Shown piece by piece: positions 47,925 to 60,725 of a DNA stretch of 64,000 bases (positions are counted from its first letter, which is position 1; each line of letters begins with the position of its first letter). Source of the DNA: Chromatiales bacterium (lineage in GTDB: Bacteria; Pseudomonadota; Gammaproteobacteria; SpSt-1174); assembly GCA_014762505.1 (NCBI GenBank), contig JABURS010000019.1, positions 12,919 through 76,918 of the forward strand, in the 5' to 3' direction. Under the pieces are notes generated by a model. It was not told the origin of the DNA. It ran no database searches and was given only the letters and a program-made list of their open reading frames with translations. The translations under genes and the position numbers were made by a program.

Positions 47925-48498
47925 GTCCTGCGAGGTCCTGCGGCGTGTTGATGTTGGTGAAGACGTCCGGCTGGTCGGAAAAGTCTACCGTGACCGGTGC
48001 CTGTTCACGAACCCAGGCCTGCACCCGGCGCTCGCCGGCGTCGAGAAAACGGGTCAGCGAGGGGGCGATGCGGGTGCGCAGGAGCGCGAACAGCGGCTGC
48101 AGGCGTTCGCCATCCTGCGGCACGGCGAGGCCGGCGGCGGGGGTCGCTTCCAGTGCGGCAGAAAGGCGCGACGGCCAGTCCTGTGGCGGGTGCGGGCAGT
48201 CCACGGGCAGCAGGAGCAGCAGCGGCGTGGTCACGACAGCCAGTGCGGCCTCGATGCCGGCCAGCGGACCCGGGTAGTCGGCACGCGTGTCGGCCACCAC
48301 CCGGCGACCGGTCTGGCCATAGATGTCGAGATGGCGGTTGGCGCTGATGAGGATCTCGTCGCAGCGGCCATCGAGATGGGCCAGGGCGATGTCGATCAGG
48401 CGCCGCCCGTCATAGACCACCAGGCCCTTGTCGCGGCCGCCCAGGCGGCTGCCTTGGCCACCGGTGAGGATCAGGGCTGTGAGGGCGTGGGTCGTCAT
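47917..48498 (-). CDS. mobA: Molybdenum cofactor guanylyltransferase
   Basis: ILTGGQGSRLGGRDKG, GPLAGI, PVDCP, NINTPQD. Confidence 0.9.
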   Translation of the reverse strand: MTTHALTALILTGGQGSRLGGRDKGLVVYDGRRLIDIALAHLDGRCDEILISANRHLDIYGQTGRRVVADTRADYPGPLAGIEAALAVVTTPLLLLLPVDCPHPPQDWPSRLSAALEATPAAGLAVPQDGERLQPLFALLRTRIAPSLTRFLDAGERRVQAWVREQAPVTVDFSDQPDVFTNINTPQDLAGHD

Positions 48499-48577
48499 CG
48501 GCTTGCGGTTGCGGTTGCGGTCTCGGGCCAGACGCGCGATGCTACCACAATCGCAGGGCCTGAAACGGGAGCGAGAA

Positions 48578-49981
48578 ATGGGCAGAGGATGGCGCAGGCT
48601 GGTGTTTCTGACGCTGTTTGCCGTGGGCGGGCTGCTGGCCGTGCAGGCGCAGACGCCGCGCCCGGCCGTGGTGCTCGACATCAAGGGCGCGATCGGTCCG
48701 GCCACGGCCGACTACGTGGTGCGCGGGATCGAGCGCGCCGAGGAGCGCGACGCTGCGGTGGTGGTGCTGCGCATGGATACGCCCGGCGGTCTCGACACCT
48801 CCATGCGGCAGATGATCAAGGCCATCCTCGGCTCGCGCGTGCCCGTCGCGACCTACGTCTATCCCTCCGGCTCGCGCGCCGCCAGCGCCGGCACCTACAT
48901 CCTCTACGCCAGTCACGTGGCGGCCATGGCGCCCGCCACCAATCTCGGTTCGGCCACGCCGGTGCAGATCGGTGGCATGCCTGGCATGCCCGAGGAGCCG
49001 AAGTCACCGGCAGGGCCCGCCTCCCCGGAGCAGTCGGGTGAGGAGGATAAGCCGGCGGCGGGGGAGGAGTCGAAGGCGCCGAAGCCGGGCGATGGCAGCA
49101 CCGCCATGGAGCGCAAGGTCATCAACGACGCGGCCGCCTATATCCGCGGCCTGGCCGAGCGGCGTGGCCGCAATGCCGAATGGGCGGAGCGCGCGGTGCG
49201 CGAGGCGGTCAACCTCACCGCCGAGGAGGCAGCGGCCCAGAACGTGATCGACCTGGTGGCCGAGGACCTCAGCGACCTGCTGCAGCAGATGCACGGTCGT
49301 ACGGTGAAGATGGAGATCGGCGGCATCACCCTGGATACCGCCAATGCACCGGTGGAATTCGTCGAGCCCGACTGGCGCTACGAACTGCTGTCCATCATCA
49401 CCGATCCGAACATCGCCTACATCCTGATGATGATCGGCATCTATGGCCTGATCTTCGAGCTCTCCAACCCGGGTTACGTGCTGCCGGGTGTGGTCGGCGC
49501 CATCTGCCTGGTACTGGCGCTGTATGCCTTTCAGGTGCTGCCGATCAACTATGCCGGCCTGGCGCTCATCCTGCTGGGTATCATCTTCATGGTCGGCGAG
49601 GCCTTCATGCCCAGCTTTGGTGCGCTGGGGCTGGGTGGGGTGATCGCCTTTGCGGTCGGTTCCGTGATCTTGCTGGACGAGGAGAACCTGAGCGTGTCAT
49701 TGCCTTTGATCGGGGGTACGGCGCTGCTGTCGGCGGTGTTTTTCCTTTGGGTTGCGGGTATGTTCATCCGCATGCGCCGGAAGAAGTACGTCAGCGGTGC
49801 AGAAGAGATGATCGGCGCGCAGGGCGAGGCGCTGGAGGACTTCGACAGGAGCGGGCACATCCGCGTGCACAGCGAACTGTGGACGGGCGTGAGCGAACAG
49901 CCCGTACGCAAGGGGCAGCGCGTCGAGGTGCTGTCCATGGATGGATTGAAACTGAACATCAAGGTGTTGGAGGACAACTGA
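48578..49981 (+). CDS. nfeD: NfeD-family membrane-bound serine protease
   Basis: DTPGG, RAASAG, GRNAEWA, TM region and C-terminal OB fold. Confidence 0.9.
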   Translation: MGRGWRRLVFLTLFAVGGLLAVQAQTPRPAVVLDIKGAIGPATADYVVRGIERAEERDAAVVVLRMDTPGGLDTSMRQMIKAILGSRVPVATYVYPSGSRAASAGTYILYASHVAAMAPATNLGSATPVQIGGMPGMPEEPKSPAGPASPEQSGEEDKPAAGEESKAPKPGDGSTAMERKVINDAAAYIRGLAERRGRNAEWAERAVREAVNLTAEEAAAQNVIDLVAEDLSDLLQQMHGRTVKMEIGGITLDTANAPVEFVEPDWRYELLSIITDPNIAYILMMIGIYGLIFELSNPGYVLPGVVGAICLVLALYAFQVLPINYAGLALILLGIIFMVGEAFMPSFGALGLGGVIAFAVGSVILLDEENLSVSLPLIGGTALLSAVFFLWVAGMFIRMRRKKYVSGAEEMIGAQGEALEDFDRSGHIRVHSELWTGVSEQPVRKGQRVEVLSMDGLKLNIKVLEDN

Positions 49982-49982
49982 T

Positions 49983-50786
49983 ATGGGAATCACGCTGCTG
50001 GTACCGCTGGCGATCATCGTCGGCTTTCTCTTTCTCTCCATCAAGATCGTGCCGGAGTACGAGCGCCTGGTGGTGTTCTTCCTCGGTCGCTTCCAGATCG
50101 TCAAGCAGCCGGGCCTGCGCATCGTCATTCCGGGCATTCAACAGATGGTGCGCGTGGACATGCGCGTCATCACCATGGACGTGCCCAGCCAGGACGTGAT
50201 CTCGCGCGACAACGTCACGGTACGCGTGAACGCGGTGCTGTATTTCCGCGTGGTCGATCCCGAGCGCTCCATCATCCAGGTCGAGGACTACTATGCCGCC
50301 ACCAGCCAGCTGGCGCAGACCACGCTGCGCTCGGTGCTGGGCCAGCACGAGCTGGACGAGATGCTGGCCGAGCGCGACAAGCTCAATGCCGACATCCAGG
50401 GCATTCTCGATTCGCAGACCGATGCCTGGGGCATCAAGGTGACCAACGTCGAGATCAAGCACGTGGACCTGGACGAAAGCATGATCCGCGCCATCGCCCG
50501 CCAGGCGGAGGCCGAGCGCGAACGCCGCGCCAAGGTGATCAACGCCGAGGGCGAATACCAGGCCTCCAAGCGCCTGCTGGCGGCCGCGGCCATCATCTCC
50601 AGGAACCCGCAGGCCCTGCAGCTGCGTTACCTGCAGACCATGGCCGACATGTCGAGCAAGAACTCGAGCACCGTGTTCTTCCCTCTGCCCTTCGACATGC
50701 TCAGGGCCTTCAGCGACAAGTTCACGCCGCCGAGCCCGCCGGACTTCCCGGAACTCGATGACGAGGACGACGACACCACCGCATGA
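49983..50786 (+). CDS. Slipin/stomatin (SPFH) family protein
   Basis: [40 protein letters not shown]. Confidence 0.92.
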   Translation: MGITLLVPLAIIVGFLFLSIKIVPEYERLVVFFLGRFQIVKQPGLRIVIPGIQQMVRVDMRVITMDVPSQDVISRDNVTVRVNAVLYFRVVDPERSIIQVEDYYAATSQLAQTTLRSVLGQHELDEMLAERDKLNADIQGILDSQTDAWGIKVTNVEIKHVDLDESMIRAIARQAEAERERRAKVINAEGEYQASKRLLAAAAIISRNPQALQLRYLQTMADMSSKNSSTVFFPLPFDMLRAFSDKFTPPSPPDFPELDDEDDDTTA

Positions 50787-51706
50787 GCCGCCCGGCCGAG
50801 TCGGTGGCGCCCTCCGCCTCGCGGCGCGCCATCGACCGTTTTCTCGATGCCATGTGGATGGAGCGGGGGCTGAGCGACAACACGCTCGCGGCCTACCGCA
50901 ACGACCTCGCCGGCCTGGCCGGCTGGCTGGAGGGGCAGGGGAATGCACTGCTCGCCGCCGGCCGCGGCGATCTGCAGGGCTATCTGGCGCACCGCCTGCA
51001 GCAGGGTGCACGGCCGCGCTCCACCGCACGCCTGCTCTCCAGCCTGCGCCGTTTCTATCGCTGGTCCCTGCGCGAGGGGCTGGTGACCGCCGATCCCAGC
51101 GCCCAGATCGAATCCCCCCGGCTGGGCCGACCGCTGCCCGACACCCTCACCGAGGCCGATGTGGAGGCCCTGCTGGCCGCCCCCGATCTCGCCACCGACC
51201 TGGGACTGCGCGACCGCGCCATGCTGGAACTGCTCTATGCCACCGGCCTGCGCGTCTCCGAGCTGGTGGCGCTCAGGCTGGACCAGGTCAGCCTGCGCCA
51301 GGGTGTGCTGCGCGTGATGGGCAAGGGCAGCAAGGAGCGCCTGGTGCCCATGGGCGAGGAGGCCGTGGCGCGCATCGAGGACTACCTGCGCGGCGCACGC
51401 GGCGATCTCCTGAAGGGGGCGGGGGTCTCCGATGCGCTGTTCGTCACGCGCCGCGGTGGTGCCATGACGCGGCAGGCCTTCTGGTACCTGATCCGTCGCT
51501 ACGCCGAACAGGCGGGCATACGCCGGCACCTCTCGCCGCATACCCTGCGCCACGCCTTTGCCACCCACCTGCTGAACCACGGTGCCGACCTGCGCGTGGT
51601 GCAGATGCTGCTCGGCCACAGTGACCTTTCCACCACGCAGATTTATACTCACGTCGCCCGCGCCCGGCTCAAGGACCTGCATGCGGCGCATCACCCGCGC
51701 GGCTGA
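50783..51706 (+). CDS. xerD: Tyrosine recombinase XerD
   Basis: [47 protein letters not shown]; xerD-dsbC synteny. Confidence 0.94.
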   Translation: MSRPAESVAPSASRRAIDRFLDAMWMERGLSDNTLAAYRNDLAGLAGWLEGQGNALLAAGRGDLQGYLAHRLQQGARPRSTARLLSSLRRFYRWSLREGLVTADPSAQIESPRLGRPLPDTLTEADVEALLAAPDLATDLGLRDRAMLELLYATGLRVSELVALRLDQVSLRQGVLRVMGKGSKERLVPMGEEAVARIEDYLRGARGDLLKGAGVSDALFVTRRGGAMTRQAFWYLIRRYAEQAGIRRHLSPHTLRHAFATHLLNHGADLRVVQMLLGHSDLSTTQIYTHVARARLKDLHAAHHPRG

Positions 51707-51788
51707 GCCCGCGGGACGGCAACGGAATTTCCGCCGCCACCGGCGGTCACACCCACATCAAGCCCATTTCATACAGAGCCCTTTCCCG

Positions 51789-52538
51789 ATGATTCGCACG
51801 CATGTATTCGGCGTCTTCGCCGCCGCCCTCATGGCCCTGGCCGTCACCACGCCCGTCCTGGCCGAGCCGGCCGACGCCGCCCAGGTCAAGGAGCTCGAGT
51901 CCACGCTCACCACCATGATGAAGGGCCGCAAGCCCGATGCCATCAGCGAGACCCCCATCCCCGGCCTGTATCAGGTGAGCTATGGCGTGGACGTCTTCTA
52001 CATGACGGCCGACGCCCGCTACCTGGTCGACGGTGCGCTCATCGACCTGGCCAACCGCCACAACTACACCGAGACCGCCAAGGCCGCGGGTCGCAAGACC
52101 GCCATCGACGGGCTGGGTGACGCCGACATGCTCGTCTACCCGGCGAAGGACGAGAAGCACCGCATCACCGTGTTCACCGATATCGACTGCCCCTACTGCC
52201 AGATGCTGCACCGTGAGGTCGAGGCGCTGAACGCGGAGGGTGTCACCGTGCGCTACCTGCTGTTCCCGCGTGCCGGGCTCAACTCCGCCTCCTACCGCAA
52301 GGCCGTCAACGTCTGGTGCAGCGAGGACCGCAACGACGCCCTCAGCCGGGCCAAGGCCGGCGAGCCGGTGCCGGAGCAGATCTGCGACAACCCGGTGCGC
52401 GAGCACATGCAGCTCGGCGAGGCCATCGGCGTCAGCGGCACCCCGGCCATCGTGCTGGACAACGGCCAGCTGATCCCGGGCTACCGCCCGGCCAGGGAGC
52501 TGGTGCAGGTCCTGGAGCACCAGGCCGCGGCCAGATAG
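51789..52538 (+). CDS. dsbC: Thiol:disulfide isomerase
   Basis: Signal peptide, FTDIDCPYC, GVSGTP. Confidence 0.9.
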   Translation: MIRTHVFGVFAAALMALAVTTPVLAEPADAAQVKELESTLTTMMKGRKPDAISETPIPGLYQVSYGVDVFYMTADARYLVDGALIDLANRHNYTETAKAAGRKTAIDGLGDADMLVYPAKDEKHRITVFTDIDCPYCQMLHREVEALNAEGVTVRYLLFPRAGLNSASYRKAVNVWCSEDRNDALSRAKAGEPVPEQICDNPVREHMQLGEAIGVSGTPAIVLDNGQLIPGYRPARELVQVLEHQAAAR

Positions 52539-52559
52539 GCTTCCGTACGCTGCCAGCAC

Positions 52560-52586
52560 AAGCCCCGCCCCGCGCGGGGCTTTTCG
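52560..52586 (+). terminator. Intrinsic terminator
   Basis: AAGCCCCGC-CCCGC-GCGGGGCTTTT. Confidence 0.65.
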
Positions 52587-52651
52587 TTGGGGAACACGGC
52601 AGGGGCTTCGGGTTCTACACTTGAGAGGCGGTTTTCTGTCACCAGGAGGAC

Positions 52652-53769
52652 ATGACGATGCGTTTGCTCACCCTGATCTCCCTGCTGCTGCTCGGCGCCA
52701 TGGCGCCACTCCAGGCCGCCGAGCGGCAGGCGGCGCCCGACTTCACGCTGGAGCCCGTCGCCGACGGTCTGGGTGTGCCCTGGGGCATGGTCTTCCTCGA
52801 TGCCGACACGCTGCTCTTCACCGAGCGCGAGGGGCGCCTGGGACGCCTCGTGATCGGCAGCGGCGAGGTCACCTACCTCGACGGCCTGCCCGAGGTCTAC
52901 GCCAACGGGCAGGGCGGGCTGCTCGACGTGGCGCTGGCGCCGGACTTCGCCGAGAGCCGCCAGCTCTACTTCACCTACAGCAAGCCCGTACGCGGCGAGG
53001 GGGCCACCGCCCTGGCCCGCGCGCGGCTCGACGGGAACCGCCTGCGCGACTGGCAGGACCTCATCGTCACCCGTTCCACCAGCGCACCACCCGCCACTTC
53101 GGCAGCCGCATCGCCTTCGATGGCAAGGGGCATGTCTTCTTCGGCATCGGCGACCGCGGTGTGCGCGACAACGGCCAGGACCTCACCACCCACGCCAGCT
53201 GCGTGCTGCGCCTGAACCTCGACGGCTCGGTCCCGCAGGACAACCCCTTCGTCGGTCGCCGCGATGCCCTGCCCGAGATCTGGAGCTACGGCCACCGCAA
53301 CCCGCAGGGCCTGGTCTACGATGCCGGGCACGAGCGCCTCTGGCTCATCGAACACGGCCCGCGCGGCGGCGACGAGATCAACCTCGTCCAGCCCGGGCGC
53401 AACTACGGCTGGGCGGTGGTCTCTCACGGCCAGGAATACTGGGGACCGATGGACGTGGGCGAGGCGAAGTCAAAGCCCGGCATGGAAGACCCGGTGAAGC
53501 TCTACACCCCCTCCATCGCGCCTGGCAGCCTGCTGCTGTATTCCGGCAAGGCCTTCCCCGCCTGGGAGGGCAACCTGTTCTCCGGCGCACTCAAGCTGCG
53601 CCATCTCAACCGCGTGGAGCTCAACGACAACGGCGAGGCGGTGGGCGAAGAGCGCCTGCTGGAAGACCTCAACGCACGCATCCGCGCCCTGGCCGAGAGC
53701 CCCGAGGGCTGGATCTACCTCTCCACCGACAGCGGCGGGATCTACCGCCTGCGTCCCCGGGTGGAGTAA
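52652..53769 (+). pseudogene. PQQ-dependent soluble sugar dehydrogenase (YliI-like), frameshifted near 53084
   Basis: N-half (signal peptide, PWGMVF, GQGGLLDV) and C-half (HFGSRI, SYGHRNPQG, HGPRGGDEIN) lie in different frames; adding one base at AGC-GC-ACC restores the frame. Confidence 0.8.
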
Positions 53770-53772
53770 GGC

Positions 53773-54129
53773 GTGAAGCTCGTCTACCAGGCCGACCGCG
53801 AGGACGAGGCACGCGGCATCAAGCTGATGCTCGAGGCCAACGGCATCCCGGCCGCGTTGACGGGCGAGTTCATGTTCAGCGTGATGAGCGTCGGTATCCC
53901 GAAGGTGGTGGGCGTGTGGGTCTATCTCGATAGTCAGGCGGACGAGGCCGAGCGTCTGATCCAGGACCCCGAGTACGAGGTGACCCAGCCGGTAGACGTG
54001 GAAGATTTCTATCGCTTCAGCGACAGCAGCGAGGTCAAGGAGCGAGTGCTGTCCCAGATGCTCAAGGTCACGGTCATGGCCGTGGCTGGCTTGTTGCTGT
54101 TTATCTGGTTTCTTGCTGCTATGCTTTAA
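53773..54129 (+). CDS. DUF2007-like protein with C-terminal TM helix
   Basis: MKLVY...EARGIKLMLEANGI pattern. Confidence 0.65.
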   Translation: MKLVYQADREDEARGIKLMLEANGIPAALTGEFMFSVMSVGIPKVVGVWVYLDSQADEAERLIQDPEYEVTQPVDVEDFYRFSDSSEVKERVLSQMLKVTVMAVAGLLLFIWFLAAML

Positions 54130-54531
54130 TCTGCTTGTGTTCGGGATCTAGGGAGCGAGCCGATGCTGATATCCGAAGAATTTAACAAAATAAGAAGAAA
54201 CACATTCTTGAAGTCGCTTCCGACTAAACTGTTGCGGACAGGATAAAGTCGTCACGGTAACATCGGCTGTCATCCAGTGCTATCTCTAGAGAATGTTGTT
54301 AAAGGGCTCTCGCCCGGTATGCTACGGTTGATGTGAGGGGGCGGTCTCTCTCGTGCTGTTGGCTATGTCTCGAGTTATGGCGAGCGCTTGTTAAATTCTG
54401 TGAAGAAACCATGCGTTGAAAAAATTTAGAGTCACTTCTTTGACTGAATATTTTTCGACAAGATCTTTTCGGTGCTTGTGCCTAGTGGGGCTTTGAGTAT
54501 TAACGGTTTAGTAACCGTCGGATACATTGGT

Positions 54532-56289
54532 ATGCATGAAAAAAACTTAAAAATAAGATCGCTTTCATTATCCGGTTACCGAAGTTTTGGTAGCGAGATA
54601 CAAAGGTTTGAAAGGTTCGGAAAGATAAACTTGTTTATTGGAAGAAACAATTCTGGCAAATCAAATATTCTTCGATTTATCGTGAATCTATATCCGGCCT
54701 TGCCAGGTCGAAAGAATGTTTCCCTCGATGCTTTAGATCGTCACATCCCAGCAGGCGCGAACTTTACTGTTGGTTCGTCTATTTCTTTGGATAAAGATGA
54801 ATCGGGAAATTATGTTGACGTTGTCGAGAATTCGATTTCGAAGTTGCCGGAGAATCGTCAGAGAGCAACAGAGGCTAGTTCTATACTAAAACTTTTAGTC
54901 GAAAAAGCCCGGATTGATGGATTAGAAGACGCTTGGTTCGACTATCAGGACGGCACTAGTGTTATTGGGGCTGACTGGTATCCGGTATTTAATGTATTGA
55001 GCGACCGAGAGATTGAAATGCTTTGGAGGGCGTTGACGAGAAGGAGTGGCGGTTCTAAAGATGCTCACTGGATACCTGAAACTGTTATGGCGCTCGCCCC
55101 TAGATTCCAACAGGTTAACGCGATAATCATACCTGCGATCCGCAAGGTGGGTGATAAAGGCTCAGAATCTGAGGAGTTTAGTGGCGAAGGAATTATTGAG
55201 CGACTGGTAAGGTTGCAGAACCCGGATGTTCACAACCAAGAGGATCGAGATAAGTTTAATAAGATCAATGAGTTTCTGAGGAGTGTTACAGATAATAAAT
55301 CTGCGACGATAGAGATTCCGCATGAAAGAGATACGATCTTGGTTCACATGGACGGGAAGACCTTGCCTCTAGAATCTCTCGGCACTGGTATTCATGAGGT
55401 TATCATTCTCGCGTCTGCGGCGACGATTCTCAATGATGTGGTAATATGCATGGAGGAGCCGGAGCTTCATTTGAATCCGATTCTTCAGAAGAAGCTTGTG
55501 AGGTATCTGATTTCATCTACGACAAATCAATACTTTATTACGACACATTCGGCGGCGCTTATGGATGCGCCCGGATCAGAGGTTTATCACGTAAGTTTAG
55601 ATAATGGATGTTCGGTTATAAGAAGAGTGACATCAGACCGTCATCGATCGAGTATTTGTGAAGACCTAGGTTACCACCCATCTGACTTGCTTCAATCAAA
55701 TTGCATTGTCTGGGTCGAGGGTCCATCTGACCGAGTTTATTTGAATTACTGGCTGCATTCGAAGTCGCCTGAGTTAGTAGAGGGGATACACTACTCAATA
55801 ATGTTTTACGGTGGCAAATTGGCTTCTCATTTAAGTGGTAACGACGTTGGTGAATTGGTGGACGAGTTTATCTCGTTGAGGCGCCTCAATCGCCGAGGAG
55901 TGATCGTTATTGATAGTGATAAGGCGGGTTCAGCATCAAAGATTAACGCAACAAAAAAACGATTAGTTGATGAGTTTAATGAGGGGCCGGGGTTTGCATG
56001 GGTTACGGCGGGAAGGGAAATAGAAAATTATCTATCGGTCGCGGAGGTGCAATCGGCTTTATCAAAAGTTGCGAGCAAATCGAAGCCGGTTTCCGGTTTC
56101 GGTAGGTATGATAATATGTTGGCGATTGAAAAAAGAAATGGGGAAATGGGCCAGGCGTCAAAGGTGGGTGTTGCAAAATACATTGTAGAGAACTATGAGT
56201 GTGACTGGAGTGTTCTCGATTTAGATGAGAGGGTCGATGCACTGGTGGCATTCATTAGGGAGTCGAATCCAGGAATGCACTTGGAATAG
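54532..56289 (+). CDS. ATP-dependent endonuclease, OLD-family-like (ABC ATPase + TOPRIM)
   Basis: Walker A GRNNSGKS, LGTG signature, Walker B MEEPELHLNP, TTHS, TOPRIM WVEGPSD and DSD; AT-rich relative to the flanks. Confidence 0.8.
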   Translation: MHEKNLKIRSLSLSGYRSFGSEIQRFERFGKINLFIGRNNSGKSNILRFIVNLYPALPGRKNVSLDALDRHIPAGANFTVGSSISLDKDESGNYVDVVENSISKLPENRQRATEASSILKLLVEKARIDGLEDAWFDYQDGTSVIGADWYPVFNVLSDREIEMLWRALTRRSGGSKDAHWIPETVMALAPRFQQVNAIIIPAIRKVGDKGSESEEFSGEGIIERLVRLQNPDVHNQEDRDKFNKINEFLRSVTDNKSATIEIPHERDTILVHMDGKTLPLESLGTGIHEVIILASAATILNDVVICMEEPELHLNPILQKKLVRYLISSTTNQYFITTHSAALMDAPGSEVYHVSLDNGCSVIRRVTSDRHRSSICEDLGYHPSDLLQSNCIVWVEGPSDRVYLNYWLHSKSPELVEGIHYSIMFYGGKLASHLSGNDVGELVDEFISLRRLNRRGVIVIDSDKAGSASKINATKKRLVDEFNEGPGFAWVTAGREIENYLSVAEVQSALSKVASKSKPVSGFGRYDNMLAIEKRNGEMGQASKVGVAKYIVENYECDWSVLDLDERVDALVAFIRESNPGMHLE

Positions 56290-56453
56290 GTGTCAGCATG
56301 TCCGATACCGACCCTGCCAATTAAACCTCGGACTTAGAGTGCAATAAGTGAAGAACTTTGCATAGGGTAGTACACGGTCGACTGCTCCGCATTCAGTTCT
56401 TTGTCTTTTGGTTATTGCGCGTTACCAAATCTAAACGGCGATACCTAGGCAGA

Positions 56454-58604
<2,151 letters not shown>

Positions 58605-58711
58605 GGGCTCGGGTGCTCCTTCACCGTCGGCGGCCGCCGTCCTGGCGGCCCCTTGTTTGTGGATTACGTGTGGGTGTTGCGGTCGATCGCTGCTGCCCGG
58701 GCTTCGGCGCG

Positions 58712-59752
58712 TTATGCGCCGGTCTTCACCTTCCAGTGTACGGTGCTGCCGGCCTGGAAGGGAACGATGGGCCGCCCGTTGGGCAGCGTGATCTCCTCCG
58801 GGATCTGCCAGTCCTCGCGCACCAGGGTGACGGTGCCCCGGTTGCGCGGCAGGCCGTAGAAGTCCGGGCCGTGGTGGCTGGCAAAGCCCTCGAGCCGGTC
58901 CAGCGCGCCGATCTCGTCGAAGACCTGGGCGTAGAGCTCCAGCGCGCTCCAGGCGCTGTAGCAGCCGGCGCAGCCGCAGGCCGATTCCTTCTTCGCCTTC
59001 TCGTGCGGCGCGGAGTCGGTGCCGAGGAAGAACCTGTTCGAGCCGGTGGCGACCACGTCGCGCAGGGCCTGCTGGTGGATGTTGCGCTTGAGCACGGGCA
59101 GGCAGAAGTTGTGCGGGCGGATGCCGCCGACCAGCATGTCGTTGCGGTTGAGCATGAGGTGCTGCGGCGTGATGGTGGCCGCGACGTTCTCGCCCGCGCC
59201 GCTCACGAATTCCACGGCGTCCTTGGTGGTGATGTGTTCGAGCACCACCTTGAGCGTCGGCATGTCGGCGACGAGCCGCTCGAGGTACTGCTCGATGAAG
59301 ACCTTCTCGCGATCGAAGATGTCCACGGCGGGATCGGTGGACTCGCCGTGGATGAGGAACAGCAGCCCTTCCTCGGCCATGGCCGCCAGCACGTCGTAGG
59401 CGCCGCTGAGGTCCTTCACGCCGGCATCCGAGTGCGTGGTGGCGCCGGCCGGGTAGAGCTTGACCGCGACCACGCCGGCCTGTTTCGCCTTGCGGATCTC
59501 CTCGGGCGTGGTGTGCGGCGTGAGGTAGAGCGTCATCAGCGGCTCGAAGTCCGAGCCCGCCGGGCGCGCGTCGAGGATGCGCTGCCTGTAGGCCAGGGCC
59601 TGCTCGGCCGTCGCGATGGGCGGCACCAGGTTCGGCATGACGATGGCGCGGTGGAAGCAGCGCGCCGTGGCCGGCACCGTCTCGCCCAGCATGTCGCCGT
59701 CGCGCAGGTGGACGTGCCAGTCGTCCGGGGTGGTGAGGGTGATCTCGTTCAT
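58712..59752 (-). CDS. pyrC: Dihydroorotase
   Basis: [31 protein letters not shown]. Confidence 0.96.
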   Translation of the reverse strand: MNEITLTTPDDWHVHLRDGDMLGETVPATARCFHRAIVMPNLVPPIATAEQALAYRQRILDARPAGSDFEPLMTLYLTPHTTPEEIRKAKQAGVVAVKLYPAGATTHSDAGVKDLSGAYDVLAAMAEEGLLFLIHGESTDPAVDIFDREKVFIEQYLERLVADMPTLKVVLEHITTKDAVEFVSGAGENVAATITPQHLMLNRNDMLVGGIRPHNFCLPVLKRNIHQQALRDVVATGSNRFFLGTDSAPHEKAKKESACGCAGCYSAWSALELYAQVFDEIGALDRLEGFASHHGPDFYGLPRNRGTVTLVREDWQIPEEITLPNGRPIVPFQAGSTVHWKVKTGA

Positions 59753-59798
59753 GCCTGCTCCTGCAGTGACGGCGGTGGGTTGGTGGTCGGTGACGGTG

Positions 59799-60662
59799 TC
59801 AGTACATCATCGCCGCCATCTTGCGGCGGTAGGTGGAGACCAGCTCGCCCTGGCCGCCCAGCATCTCGAACACGGAGAGCATGCCCTCGCGGCCGGCGTC
59901 GTTCTCGAACTTGCGGTCGCGCTTCATGATCTCCAGGTACTGCTCCAGCGCGCCCTCGAGCTGGTCGTCGGCGACCAGGCGCGCGGCGAGCTGCAGCCGG
60001 GCGTGGAGGTCGGCCGGGTCCTTCTCGATGGCCTGGCGCAGGCTGGCGGTGTCCGGGGCGTTCTCGGTGAGGCGGATGGCCTTGATGCGCTGCATCAGCG
60101 CCTTCACGTCCTCTTCCTGCTGGATGTTGAGCGGTACGGTGCGCATCAGCTCGTCGGCCTCGTCGGCGCGACCGGTCTGGGCGAGGATGCTGGCCAGGTC
60201 CACCTTGGCGCGCTCGACGCTGGGGTCGGCGGCGAGCAGGTCGCGCAGGACCTTCTCCGCGCCGGCGATGTCGCCCTCGCGGGCCAGGCGCAGGGCCTCG
60301 GCGCGGGTGAGGTCGGACTCGCGTACCACGTGGCGCTCGATGATCTCGCGGATGGCGGGCTCGGGCTGCACGCCCATGAACTCGTCGACCACGCGGCCTT
60401 CCCTGAAGACCTTCACCGTCGGCAGGCTGCGCACGCCGAAGCGGCCGGCCAGTTCCTGCTGCTCGTCGCTGTTCACCTTGGCCAGCAGCACCTTGCCGTC
60501 ATATTCCTCGATGAGTCTGGCCAGCACCGGCATGAGCATCTGGCAGGGCTGGCACCAGCCGGCCCAGAAGTCGACCAGGACCGGTACCTGGTGGGAGTTC
60601 TGGAGGACGTAGGTGTCGAAGGTCTCGCTGGTGACATCGAAGATGTAACGGGAATCTGCCAT
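59799..60662 (-). CDS. Thioredoxin-TPR chaperedoxin (CnoX/YbbN-like)
   Basis: [11 protein letters not shown] thioredoxin domain followed by TPR helices, C-terminal [10 protein letters not shown]. Confidence 0.88.
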   Translation of the reverse strand: MADSRYIFDVTSETFDTYVLQNSHQVPVLVDFWAGWCQPCQMLMPVLARLIEEYDGKVLLAKVNSDEQQELAGRFGVRSLPTVKVFREGRVVDEFMGVQPEPAIREIIERHVVRESDLTRAEALRLAREGDIAGAEKVLRDLLAADPSVERAKVDLASILAQTGRADEADELMRTVPLNIQQEEDVKALMQRIKAIRLTENAPDTASLRQAIEKDPADLHARLQLAARLVADDQLEGALEQYLEIMKRDRKFENDAGREGMLSVFEMLGGQGELVSTYRRKMAAMMY

Positions 60663-60725
60663 CGGCCTGGGGCCTCCTGTGGATATGTTCGGTGATGGAT
60701 CGGGGGGACCAATATAGGGATGCGG

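Noticed and set aside
50783..51706. Tyrosine recombinase as a prophage or ICE integrase
   Set aside because: Sequence and xerD-dsbC synteny identify housekeeping XerD; no phage genes or att sites seen
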